This document shows positions 38,746 through 48,258 of a stretch of 64,000 nucleotides of DNA, piece by piece (the stretch's first letter is position 1; every line of letters starts with the position of its first letter). A program made the position numbers and the translations under genes. Where the stretch lies: contig CAXXMD010000003.1 of the NCBI GenBank assembly GCA_963675755.2, forward strand, positions 2,400,001-2,464,000, given 5' to 3'. The notes below the pieces were generated by a model. The model had not been told where the DNA came from. It worked only from the letters and a program-made list of their open reading frames with translations, and did not search any database. This DNA is from a bacterium. GTDB lineage: Bacteria > Zhuqueibacterota > Zhuqueibacteria > Residuimicrobiales > Krinioviventaceae.

Positions 38746-41700
38746 GTGAACCAAAACAGAAAACGTTACAACTATTTAAATCTCTGGACATTTTTTCTGG
38801 TCTTATTCATGATCGGTGGATTTGTTCAAACCTCTGCATATGCATATGATGCAGAGGGCGATGGTGATTATGTTCCACCAGGAAAGATCGAGTTTATTGG
38901 CTCGAGTATTTCCACAAAAGAATATCGTATGACCCCTGCTGACAATGGGATGCCGAAAACCGAAGGCGCCACTTATATGCAGGACACGGACAATGAAAAT
39001 AACAGCCTCACCGGAACTTCGGATGGAGATATGGATACTTATCCTACTCGATTGGATAATACAAGTTCTAATCATCCCATCGAGTTCAATATTTTTATGA
39101 CAGGTGCATTGCCTACAGAAAATGCGGTTCTAACTGTTTATGGATATGATGTTGATGAAGAACAGGGAGAAGTGAACCATGTTTATTTTAATGGTCACTT
39201 TTGCGGCCAAATGACCGGTGCGGATGGCGTCTGGAACACGACTACATTCATACTGGATAAATCCTGGGTGCAATCCGGCAAAAACCTGGTGCAGTATTAC
39301 ATTGATGTTAATAATCCTGGTGCGGCTAGTTGGCTTTCGGCTGTTGACTGGGGCCAGCTGGTTATTGATGGAGGTGTTCGTGGAGAAGCTGATGTGGACC
39401 AAATCGAATACCTGAGCGATAGCATTGGCAGTAGCACAGTTACTGTGAATGCCAGAGTACCGGTAGAGATTTTGGTGCCCGGTAATTTTAGAATAGAGCT
39501 CAATTTTAAAGACCCGAACGGTAATGTGATCGGTTCGATTTCCAGAGATTTTGTTGGCAGCAGTGTGGGCGAGATCGTGAACCAGGATTATGCGCTCACA
39601 TATAACAAATCCTCCGCTACCGGTACCTATACTGTGGAAGCGATTATCTTTGAAACCGATGGCAATACCCTGCAGGTGTTCAAGACCATGGGATTTGAAC
39701 ATACTTCAGGCACTGGTCCTGTTAGCGCGCCTGAAATGGCCGTGAAAGGTCAGGGTATTGAAATTGCAGATGGTAGTAGTACTATTTCTACTAGTAATAA
39801 TACTGATTTTGGCACTGTAGATACCGGTTCAAACAATGCACTGTTGTTTGCCATTGAGAATGAAGGATCAGCAGATCTGGCGTTAAGCGGATCTCCATTG
39901 GTCGTTGTAGGTGGGACAAACGCTTCCGACTTTACAGTAACTTCAATGCCAACTACACCCATCGCATCCGGTGGCGGCAAGGTTTATTTTGAGGTGACCT
40001 TTGCGCCAACAGGTGCCGGCTCGAGAACAGCTACACTCAGTATCGCAAATAATGATGATGATGAAAATCCCTATAATTTTACAATAGGCGGAACCGGAAA
40101 TGTAACCGTAATGCCTGAAATTGATATCCGGGGCAATGGAACATCCATTTCATCCGGTGATATAACCCCTTCATTTAATGATAGCACCCTGTTTGGCATT
40201 GCCGATATTCAAGGTGGAACGATTAGTAAAACGTTTGTCGTACATAATACCGGTGATGCGTCATTGACCGTAAACAGTGTTTCGCTATCAGGCCCGAATC
40301 CAGAAGCTTTCAGTATCGTTACTGATCCTTCCGGTAGTATTGCTGCCGGAAGTTCCGCTAATCTGGTAGTCAAGTTTGATCCCTCTACAACTGGAAACAA
40401 AATGGCCCAGGTAGTGGTTAGCAACAACGATAGTGATGAAAGCAATTATATTTTTTCAATTCAGGGTTACGCTTACCAGGCTTCACTTGATTTTACAATG
40501 ACAACAAATCATGTGGATGCAGCTGATGAACCGGGTACATCTATTGCCCTGGGCGATGTAGTTAATTGGACCTATATTATTACCAATACCGGAACAGAGA
40601 CCCTGTCTGATATAGTGGTAACAGATGATACCTTGGGAACAGTAGGTACCATTGCAACCCTTGCAGCAGGCGCAACCGATTCGTTGACCGCTTCCAGTAA
40701 TGCTGTGAGTGGATTGTATAAAGGCAGTGCATCATTAACTACTACTTTTAATAGTATAGAACTGACAGATAGTGATGTGTCTTATTATACAGGTATCCCT
40801 TCATCTATTGCTGGTCATGTATGGCACGATAAAAATCGTGACGGTATTCAGGACGCAGGCGAAACCGGCATCGAGAATGTTAGTGTGAATATCTATGATG
40901 ACGGCAGCAGTCTTGTCACTTCTGACACTACAGACGCTGATGGTAACTATACACTTACTGAACTGGAACCCGGTGACTATACCTTAGAGTTTTCAGATTT
41001 GACTGCTCACTTTGTTTTCAGTCCCAAAGATCAGGGTGAAGATGATACAGCAGACAGTGATGTTAATATTGAAACAGGTATTACTGATGTTATAACCCTT
41101 GCAATGGGTGAGAACCAAGCCACCACAGACGCGGGTATTTATTATCCCGCAACCAAGGTAGCCGGATTTGTCTGGAACGATTTAAACCGTGACGGTAAAC
41201 AGCAGCACGAAGAACCGGGTGTTAAGGATGTTGTTGTGACTTTGTATGACTCGTTGAGTGTTGTTGTGGGTACCTATGTACTAACCGACGCAGAAGGAAA
41301 GTATGAATTTAACACACTGGATTTTGGTACCTATTCGGTAGGGTTTGCAGATATTCCTGCCAATTTTGCCTTTACTACCAAAGATCTTGGCAATGAAGAC
41401 GAAATAGATAGTGACGCGGACCACTTTACCGGCATTACTGATGCCTTTTTCATGCTGCCGGGCGACAGCTCGATGCATGTAGACGCGGGTTTGATCGAGA
41501 TGACCGGCATAGTTAGTGGATCTGTATTTATGGATGAAAATGGAAATGGTGAAAGAGACGCGGGTGAAAGTCCGGTTGAAGGCACCAAAGTATTGTTATT
41601 GGGCGCAAGCACTGACAGTACATTCAGTAATGAGCAAGGCGGATACGAGTTTGCCGGCGTTCCCGCGGGCAGCTATAAAGTGACCGTGAAAAACGATTCA

Positions 41701-44565
41701 CTTGCTACATTCTATGCCACAACCACGGGTGGCGACACCCTTTCGGTTGTTGTTGAAGAAGGTGGTAGTGTTGCCAATGTTAATTTTGGTTATGAAAAAA
41801 TATCAGGCTCTATTCAGGTTGTATTGTTTAATGATGACAACCGTGACGGCTTGTTAAGCGACGGCGAAGCCTTGCTGCCAGATGTACAGGTGGTACTGGG
41901 TGATTTTACCGGTGCGGAACTGAACAGCTTGTCCACCGACGCAGACGGCAGTGTTGTCTTTCCGGATCTGGAATCAGGCGTATACCTGGTATCTATCAAC
42001 ACCAAAGACTCTGATCTTCCGGAAGCCTACTGGCCAACCGTAGCCGACAATCCTTTTTATGTAACGCTGACACTTGAAGATCCTCAGGTGAGCACCCAGG
42101 TGGGTCTGAACACCATGAGCTCTGATGGTGGAATTATTGGTGACTTTGTATGGCACGATTCAAACTGGAACCGCGTACCCGAAGGTGATGAAGAAAACCT
42201 GCCATATGTAATGATCTATCTGTACAGACTGATCAACCCCTCAAGCGCGCGTGTTGGTCTTGACGGCAATATTATTCAGGAAAAAGTACTGGTAGACAGT
42301 GTACGCACGAACTATTTTGGAAATTATTATTTTACGGATGTAGAAGCCGGCGAGTATTTTGTAAAAGCGCATGAGATCCAGTATACCCAGGATAAAGAAT
42401 GGATGATCACATCCCGTGACTCTATGTATGTAGAGATCGGCGGTACAGATGTGAAACTGGACGCGGACTTTGGTTTTGCCGAAGAAAGCGAAGCAGAAAC
42501 CGGAACCATTAAAGGTTTTGTATTTAACGATCTGGATTCAGACAGAGAATACACAGACGGCGAACCGGGCCTTGCCGGAATCAGCGTGGAATTGTATAAA
42601 AAGAAAACACTGGTGGAAAGTGCGGTAACTGACGGTGACGGAAACGTAACCTTTAGTGATGTATTCCCCGGCGATTATAAATTAAGTGTAGACGGTGAAT
42701 CTCTGCCATTGAATTACGCGGTAACCACCAACAATGATCCTGAAGCGCTGTTCCTTGCAGGCTCCAGCGAATATGTTGGTCAGGGTTTTGGCGTAGCAGA
42801 AGAAGCTGACTGGGGCAAAACCCCGAACCGTATCATTGCGGCATACCAGAGCGGATATGACGCAGATGGCCGTTACTGGTCACAAGACAATCTTGGCGGC
42901 ACAGCCGATACCAGCTTAGTAGGCCAGTATAGCAGTGACGATGTAGATGTAATGGACTATCACATTCTTCAAGCCTGGGCCAGTGGAATTGACGGCTTTG
43001 CAGTGAACTGGTACGGCTGGTACTCGTGGGAAAACCAGGGCGTAAAATCTCTGCTTGACCGCGCGGAACTGTTAAATGATGCATATGGCGCCAAGGGATT
43101 CCATTTTGAGATCGCAGCCGCCATGAATGAAAACGCAAACGGTACACTGGACTCTAACCTGACCTATATCGCAGATTCTCTGCTTGCTCACAAAGCATAT
43201 TGGGGAACCGAACGCCAGGTAAAACGTCCGGTATTCATCAACAACCAGGAAGAAGCTTTGCTGCTTCCACAGACCATCAAGGCCTGTGCGGATACCACCA
43301 TGCCTATGGACATTATGCTGGTATTCAACGGCGCTTATGATGATTCCGTAGAATATATGGATGTTATGTATCCTTCATTGCAAACAGACCGTTATCCCTG
43401 GATGACCGGTGCGCAGTTTGATGAAGCCTTTTTGGATACAGTTTATACCCGCCTGGGCCAGATGGAACAGGCAGACCGCTCCGCCTTTACTGTGGGTGGT
43501 GTATGGCCGGGTTACGATGATCGTAACTGGGTAGAAGGACAGAACCAGTATGTAGACGCTGCAGATACCACGGTATTTGGCGCAAGCTGGCGCAAGATCC
43601 TTGAATATGAAGAACAATACTCGATCCCATGGACCATGGTACAGTCATGGAACGATTACAATCGTGGCACCGCCATTGAACCGGGATTCGGATACAACTA
43701 TAACTATAATGTGTTGACCCGCGATTACGCGCGTCTTTACAAAGATCCTCTGGTACCTGTAGATTCTGTAGGTGTTGCAGATATGGGTATGCTGGTACCG
43801 AGATACATTTACATGGCCAGACTGGCAGCCAGGGTACATCCTGAAAACGCTTCTGCAATTGAGGCACAGGTTGATCAGGCATACAGTCAGTTCTTTGACC
43901 GTGATTATGAACAGGCAATTTATACGGCAAACCAGGCTGCGGGATTGGTACCGCCAATTATCAGTGGTTTGGGTGTAGACGGTGTAGAGGTAACAATCAG
44001 CTGGGAAGCGGTTGCAACTGCAAACACCTATTATGTTCATGTCAGTAAAGACAGCGCAAGCTATATCCCCTGTGCGTTTGAAACCGCAGACATGATCAAC
44101 GCGGGTAATGTAACCAGCTTTACGTTGAGTGAGCTTGAACCCAACACCAAGTACTATATCGCTGTAACCTCAGGAGACAGTAACCTGGGTCGGTTCATGG
44201 ACAGCTGGTTCAAACGTGAAAATAATGCACCTAGCATTGAAGTGGTTGAAACCGGTGAAGAAACAACAACCGGCATCGCAGATGGTGAGAACGCATTGCC
44301 AAAATCCTTTGCACTGGATCAGAACTATCCCAACCCGTTCAACCCGAGAACGACCATCCAATATGCTCTGCCCAAGAAACAGCATGTTTCCATCAAGCTG
44401 TATAACACATTGGGTCAGCAAGTGATGACGTTAGTGGATCATGAACACAGTGCGGGATATTACAATGTGCAACTTGACGGCTCCAGTTTGGGAAGCGGCA
44501 TCTATTTCTATCGCATCATTAGCGAAGATTTTACTGCCACCCGCAAGCTGTTACTTGTAAAATAG
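38746..44565 (+). CDS. Giant secreted adhesin-like protein, paralog 2 (same architecture, only 2 choice-of-anchor-D repeats)
   Basis: Same RBS/GTG context and domain motifs as paralog 1; 489 aa shorter. Confidence 0.9.
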   Translation: MNQNRKRYNYLNLWTFFLVLFMIGGFVQTSAYAYDAEGDGDYVPPGKIEFIGSSISTKEYRMTPADNGMPKTEGATYMQDTDNENNSLTGTSDGDMDTYPTRLDNTSSNHPIEFNIFMTGALPTENAVLTVYGYDVDEEQGEVNHVYFNGHFCGQMTGADGVWNTTTFILDKSWVQSGKNLVQYYIDVNNPGAASWLSAVDWGQLVIDGGVRGEADVDQIEYLSDSIGSSTVTVNARVPVEILVPGNFRIELNFKDPNGNVIGSISRDFVGSSVGEIVNQDYALTYNKSSATGTYTVEAIIFETDGNTLQVFKTMGFEHTSGTGPVSAPEMAVKGQGIEIADGSSTISTSNNTDFGTVDTGSNNALLFAIENEGSADLALSGSPLVVVGGTNASDFTVTSMPTTPIASGGGKVYFEVTFAPTGAGSRTATLSIANNDDDENPYNFTIGGTGNVTVMPEIDIRGNGTSISSGDITPSFNDSTLFGIADIQGGTISKTFVVHNTGDASLTVNSVSLSGPNPEAFSIVTDPSGSIAAGSSANLVVKFDPSTTGNKMAQVVVSNNDSDESNYIFSIQGYAYQASLDFTMTTNHVDAADEPGTSIALGDVVNWTYIITNTGTETLSDIVVTDDTLGTVGTIATLAAGATDSLTASSNAVSGLYKGSASLTTTFNSIELTDSDVSYYTGIPSSIAGHVWHDKNRDGIQDAGETGIENVSVNIYDDGSSLVTSDTTDADGNYTLTELEPGDYTLEFSDLTAHFVFSPKDQGEDDTADSDVNIETGITDVITLAMGENQATTDAGIYYPATKVAGFVWNDLNRDGKQQHEEPGVKDVVVTLYDSLSVVVGTYVLTDAEGKYEFNTLDFGTYSVGFADIPANFAFTTKDLGNEDEIDSDADHFTGITDAFFMLPGDSSMHVDAGLIEMTGIVSGSVFMDENGNGERDAGESPVEGTKVLLLGASTDSTFSNEQGGYEFAGVPAGSYKVTVKNDSLATFYATTTGGDTLSVVVEEGGSVANVNFGYEKISGSIQVVLFNDDNRDGLLSDGEALLPDVQVVLGDFTGAELNSLSTDADGSVVFPDLESGVYLVSINTKDSDLPEAYWPTVADNPFYVTLTLEDPQVSTQVGLNTMSSDGGIIGDFVWHDSNWNRVPEGDEENLPYVMIYLYRLINPSSARVGLDGNIIQEKVLVDSVRTNYFGNYYFTDVEAGEYFVKAHEIQYTQDKEWMITSRDSMYVEIGGTDVKLDADFGFAEESEAETGTIKGFVFNDLDSDREYTDGEPGLAGISVELYKKKTLVESAVTDGDGNVTFSDVFPGDYKLSVDGESLPLNYAVTTNNDPEALFLAGSSEYVGQGFGVAEEADWGKTPNRIIAAYQSGYDADGRYWSQDNLGGTADTSLVGQYSSDDVDVMDYHILQAWASGIDGFAVNWYGWYSWENQGVKSLLDRAELLNDAYGAKGFHFEIAAAMNENANGTLDSNLTYIADSLLAHKAYWGTERQVKRPVFINNQEEALLLPQTIKACADTTMPMDIMLVFNGAYDDSVEYMDVMYPSLQTDRYPWMTGAQFDEAFLDTVYTRLGQMEQADRSAFTVGGVWPGYDDRNWVEGQNQYVDAADTTVFGASWRKILEYEEQYSIPWTMVQSWNDYNRGTAIEPGFGYNYNYNVLTRDYARLYKDPLVPVDSVGVADMGMLVPRYIYMARLAARVHPENASAIEAQVDQAYSQFFDRDYEQAIYTANQAAGLVPPIISGLGVDGVEVTISWEAVATANTYYVHVSKDSASYIPCAFETADMINAGNVTSFTLSELEPNTKYYIAVTSGDSNLGRFMDSWFKRENNAPSIEVVETGEETTTGIADGENALPKSFALDQNYPNPFNPRTTIQYALPKKQHVSIKLYNTLGQQVMTLVDHEHSAGYYNVQLDGSSLGSGIYFYRIISEDFTATRKLLLVK

Positions 44566-44599
44566 AGACCCATTTACCACCTCATATAATAAAGCCCTT
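40823..44599 (+). repeat. 3.8-kb near-identical repeat, copy 2
   Basis: Colinear with 34491-38267. Confidence 0.92.
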
Positions 44600-44626
44600 A
44601 TCTGGATATTCAGGTAAGGGCTTTTT
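44591..44626 (+). terminator. Rho-independent terminator (possibly bidirectional)
   Basis: AAAGCCCTTATCTG...CAGGTAAGGGCTTTTT. Confidence 0.85.
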
Positions 44627-44656
44627 ATATTAATAATGATTGTAATTCAAAAAAGT

Positions 44657-45109
44657 TTAATCTATTGGCTCATCACCTGGTACTTCAACAATGTCAACTG
44701 TTAGCCAAGGACTATAAGCTTGCATACCTGCTACGTCAATAAAATCATCACCTTGTTTGAAAGCAGCTTCAACCCGTACAAATGTTTGAAATCTTTCACC
44801 ATCTCTTGGACTTGTAAATGGTAATTCTACAGAACGATACAAATCAAATGAATTATAACCTATATGTATTTTTTTGAATTGGTCTATGTTTCCCCTCTGA
44901 TTGGAAATTAAAGTTAATTCAATAATGCCAGAACACCAATCCGCCTGACTATTTGATCCACCACAAGAACCACCACCTTGCCCTATAACACCTAATATCG
45001 GATGTGAATAAATATTAGCTGATCCATTAACATAGGCAGGTGTATCTGAATATGCGGATGTAAAAAAACATAATATTCCAATTATAGATATAGTAATTAC
45101 TTTATTCAT
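44657..45109 (-). CDS. Secreted hypothetical protein (150 aa)
   Basis: AAGGGGA RBS before MNKVITISIIGILCFFTSAYS signal peptide; 8-bp overlap with the upstream gene. Confidence 0.7.
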   Translation of the reverse strand: MNKVITISIIGILCFFTSAYSDTPAYVNGSANIYSHPILGVIGQGGGSCGGSNSQADWCSGIIELTLISNQRGNIDQFKKIHIGYNSFDLYRSVELPFTSPRDGERFQTFVRVEAAFKQGDDFIDVAGMQAYSPWLTVDIVEVPGDEPID

Positions 45110-45590
45110 TTTTATCCCCTTCAAGATGAATTGGAAAAGATTGATTGTATATATTGGACGTTCCAATATATAATTTTTTGAATTTATAATTTGAATTACA
45201 ATCATCCGATATTATTGTTAAGTAGCTCCACATTCTGACAAAAAATGTATCATATGTAAAATGATGTAGAGCGATATTTTGAATGATTTCATAATTATTT
45301 GTATCACTTTTATCATATGTATAAAGTAATGTGGAATCTTTGTTAAAAACTTTTATTGTTGAATAGAATAAGTTGGCTTTAATTGATGAATCAATATATG
45401 ATCTTGAAAATAGAATCAATGAATCAACAGTTGGTTTATAATTTGCCGTACATATTGTGCCTATTGCTTTTTCTTGAAAGTTGATTGGTATCGTTTCAAT
45501 ATCTTTATGGTATGAGTCAGTTTTATTCTTTGTACAAATACAAAATGTTATCGGAATAAGTAATATAAAGATTTGTTTTTTTTTTGACAC
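45102..45590 (-). CDS. Hypothetical exported protein, possible lipoprotein
   Basis: GGGGAGG RBS + GTG; basic N-terminus, hydrophobic stretch, then Cys (FCIC). Confidence 0.65.
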   Translation of the reverse strand: MSKKKQIFILLIPITFCICTKNKTDSYHKDIETIPINFQEKAIGTICTANYKPTVDSLILFSRSYIDSSIKANLFYSTIKVFNKDSTLLYTYDKSDTNNYEIIQNIALHHFTYDTFFVRMWSYLTIISDDCNSNYKFKKLYIGTSNIYNQSFPIHLEGDKNE

Positions 45591-45610
45591 TTCCTCCCCC
45601 TTTTTTAAAG

Positions 45611-48148
45611 TTAGTCTATAAGAAGTATTTTCCCTGTTATTATTTTTTTTGAAATTTTTATTTTGTAAAAATAGAGACCATTTCCAAGAGATTTTTTATG
45701 GCTATTTAATCCCTGCCAATAGATGTTGTGAGTACCTGTGGAAAGTTGTTTTTCTATCAAGTTTACATGTTGGCCTAATATGTTATAAATATCAATTCGG
45801 ACTGACGCGGCTTTATTTAATTGAATCTGAAGCGTACAGCCCTTTCCGTTTGATTGTCTGACTGGATTGGGATAGCTGCCCAGCAATTTAAAATCCTCTG
45901 TGATGGCAACATTTTCGTTGGTTATATTGCTTTGAATATCAGGGGTTCCAAAAATTAGGTGCAGTGGTTGTTTTACCTTTTGCCCATTCGTTTCGAATAG
46001 CAAGTCTAAGCGGATTGGGATTATTGTGCTGGTGGAGTAACCGGGTTTAAGCATGACAGGAATTTGTAATTCAGAGCCTTCATTTGGCTGTAAAATAGGT
46101 ATGGATTTTTCCTGCATGATCTGCAAAAAACTTGAATCTGAACTGCTGATGTAGATATTTGTCGCTTTAACTTTACCGATATTTTTCAATAAAAGTGTCA
46201 GATTGTCTATGGTACCCGAGGGTAACAGAGTATTGTTGTTTATTGTTTTATAGTCAGAAAGGTATAATGATGTTGTGGGCTCAGGAACCCTGTCCCGTGG
46301 TGCATGATAGAAAGCCGGTGTTGCGGTAAAAACAGTCCCCAGGATGTCATGGTCCAAGATCTTGAGGCATAAATCATAGTGACCAAAGGGCAGGTTTTCA
46401 GGAATAACTGCCTGGAAATGGCTATCTGAAATTTTATTGATTAAAAGGTCAAAAGTAGTATCGGCATTCGTTATTTGCAGGCTTTGATTTGTGTGTGTTG
46501 ATTCATATAACAAATAAAAGTTAATTATATTTGATTGACCGGGTATAACATGAGGAGTTATATGATTGTTTGAACGGATATCTATATGATAAAGAAATGG
46601 AAGTTCCCTGGAGGTACTGTTTCCATAAAAGTTTAGTTGTGAGTGGCCATATTTGTTTATTATATGATATGGACTTGAGTTTAATATGCATGTAAAGCTG
46701 GTGTTTTGAGAGGCATAAAAATTATATTTGTAAATATCTTCCGGATAGCCAATTATTTTTTGATTGTCTACTTGATAGTTATCAGTAAATACTCTTACAT
46801 CCGTTATGCGGGATTTGTTACTGGATAAATAATTATATACAAAATGCCCATTGGCACATTCAAGTCCTGCTGATGCGTCTCCATAATAATATACTCTGTA
46901 GAACGTAGAACTACTTTTCTCGCAAGTAAAAGCGGGAAAAAGAATGTTTGATGGATTGTTTTCAAGCAACAGTGAGTCATTTTCCTGCAAAGTGTTGAGG
47001 TGCACATTGTCTGTAAATAATTCTATGTTCTCATTGTAATACCATGGATTTAAATGTTTAAATTCTATCATACTGCCATCTAAATGTATTTGTCTACTTG
47101 GTTGCCAGGTAAGAACAGGGTTGTTCGTCAGGCTGTCCGAACCCCCTACAATTATATTGTAAGCAGTGAGAATGTTTTTTTCATTTTCAGTATTATATTC
47201 TGATTCTGATAGTTCAATTGTACCTGTAAAAGGCAAATTATCTTGGCTTTTAAAGCTAAGATTTTGTTTCTTGCAAGACAACCATTTTGAAAAGTCATGG
47301 TAAACGGTTCCACCAAACATTAAATATTTATTCAAAGTATTGTAGAGGTTTTGTTTTATATTATAAGAATGCAGATATTCAGGGCCATCTTTGAGATAGA
47401 GGTCATGCTCTGATTTTATGGTATGTTGATAATGTTGCAAATAGGTAATCAGGCTTTGAGTTTTGTCGTAAAACATTTTGATATGTAATATGGAAAAATC
47501 GTCATCAAGCATGTTGGAGTAAAAATTAAACTGCGGGTCATTAATCTGAAAGTTTATTGTCAGAGGTAAAAGCTGTCCATCATAGAGATGCGCCCAATAT
47601 AGATTTAATTTGTTTCTGTATATTGTTGTTGCATCTATGGGGTGTCCGTTTTGATGGTAATGTGTTTGTGGCGCTTGAAGATTTGCTGTTTGATGATTGA
47701 TGTGAATGTCCGTCGAGTCCGTTAGGTTGATATTTTTTTGCAAAATGCAATAATAGCTGGGGATTTTTCCAAGAGTGTCTTGTAATATGCTAAACAGGTG
47801 ATAGTGCCCATATTCGTTGTAATCGATTAAAGTGTAGCCAACATTATTGTACAATCTGCCTGTTGGAACATCATCTCGCCATATGAAAAGGTCTCTTACC
47901 TGTTTGTCAAAATGTATGACGAGTGTACCGGTTTCTGTATTTGTTTTATATTTTTCTTGAACTGTTTTGTTTGGATGGTTTGTTAGATTGAATGTTGAAT
48001 CAGGTAATCCAAAATTTTCATCAATAAGAATCGGTCGTACAGTCTTGAATAAGAACGATTTTAAATCGATTGTGATCTCTTTATAGTTAGCACTATAGGC
48101 AGTAAGCGATAATAGAAAAAAGACGAATCCTAAATATAATTTCCCCAT
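45611..48148 (-). CDS. Secreted protein with CARDB-like domain and T9SS/FlgD-like C-terminal sorting domain
   Basis: Signal peptide; LTLLLKNIG; SYPNP...IDIYNILGQ...YWQG...GNGLYFYKI...GKILLID. Confidence 0.82.
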   Translation of the reverse strand: MGKLYLGFVFFLLSLTAYSANYKEITIDLKSFLFKTVRPILIDENFGLPDSTFNLTNHPNKTVQEKYKTNTETGTLVIHFDKQVRDLFIWRDDVPTGRLYNNVGYTLIDYNEYGHYHLFSILQDTLGKIPSYYCILQKNINLTDSTDIHINHQTANLQAPQTHYHQNGHPIDATTIYRNKLNLYWAHLYDGQLLPLTINFQINDPQFNFYSNMLDDDFSILHIKMFYDKTQSLITYLQHYQHTIKSEHDLYLKDGPEYLHSYNIKQNLYNTLNKYLMFGGTVYHDFSKWLSCKKQNLSFKSQDNLPFTGTIELSESEYNTENEKNILTAYNIIVGGSDSLTNNPVLTWQPSRQIHLDGSMIEFKHLNPWYYNENIELFTDNVHLNTLQENDSLLLENNPSNILFPAFTCEKSSSTFYRVYYYGDASAGLECANGHFVYNYLSSNKSRITDVRVFTDNYQVDNQKIIGYPEDIYKYNFYASQNTSFTCILNSSPYHIINKYGHSQLNFYGNSTSRELPFLYHIDIRSNNHITPHVIPGQSNIINFYLLYESTHTNQSLQITNADTTFDLLINKISDSHFQAVIPENLPFGHYDLCLKILDHDILGTVFTATPAFYHAPRDRVPEPTTSLYLSDYKTINNNTLLPSGTIDNLTLLLKNIGKVKATNIYISSSDSSFLQIMQEKSIPILQPNEGSELQIPVMLKPGYSTSTIIPIRLDLLFETNGQKVKQPLHLIFGTPDIQSNITNENVAITEDFKLLGSYPNPVRQSNGKGCTLQIQLNKAASVRIDIYNILGQHVNLIEKQLSTGTHNIYWQGLNSHKKSLGNGLYFYKIKISKKIITGKILLID

Positions 48149-48168
48149 GATTTCCCCTTAATTATTCT

Positions 48169-48199
48169 AAGATATTGATTTTTTTTTTTTTACTGTCAA
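48169..48199 (-). promoter_or_regulatory. Sigma70-like promoter with an A13 tract in a 19-bp spacer
   Basis: Minus strand TTGACA-gt(A13)tcaa-TATCTT. Confidence 0.5.
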
Positions 48200-48258
48200 G
48201 TATTTAAAAATATTTTTTGAATAAAGAATAATTTTTTTCAGATTAGATGTGGTTAGAA

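Noticed and set aside
31247-44425. Numerous antisense/overlapping ORFs inside the giant genes (e.g. 34382-35224, 280 aa)
   Set aside because: Shadow ORFs caused by codon bias of the sense genes; no recognisable motifs or RBS.
30947-44565. Diversity-generating retroelement (TR/VR) as an explanation for paralog differences
   Set aside because: No reverse transcriptase in the window; differences are not adenine-specific, and both copies are full genes.
45110-45205. Longer 182-aa version of the 44657 gene
   Set aside because: It would overlap the upstream gene by ~100 bp; the RBS and signal peptide support ATG 45109.
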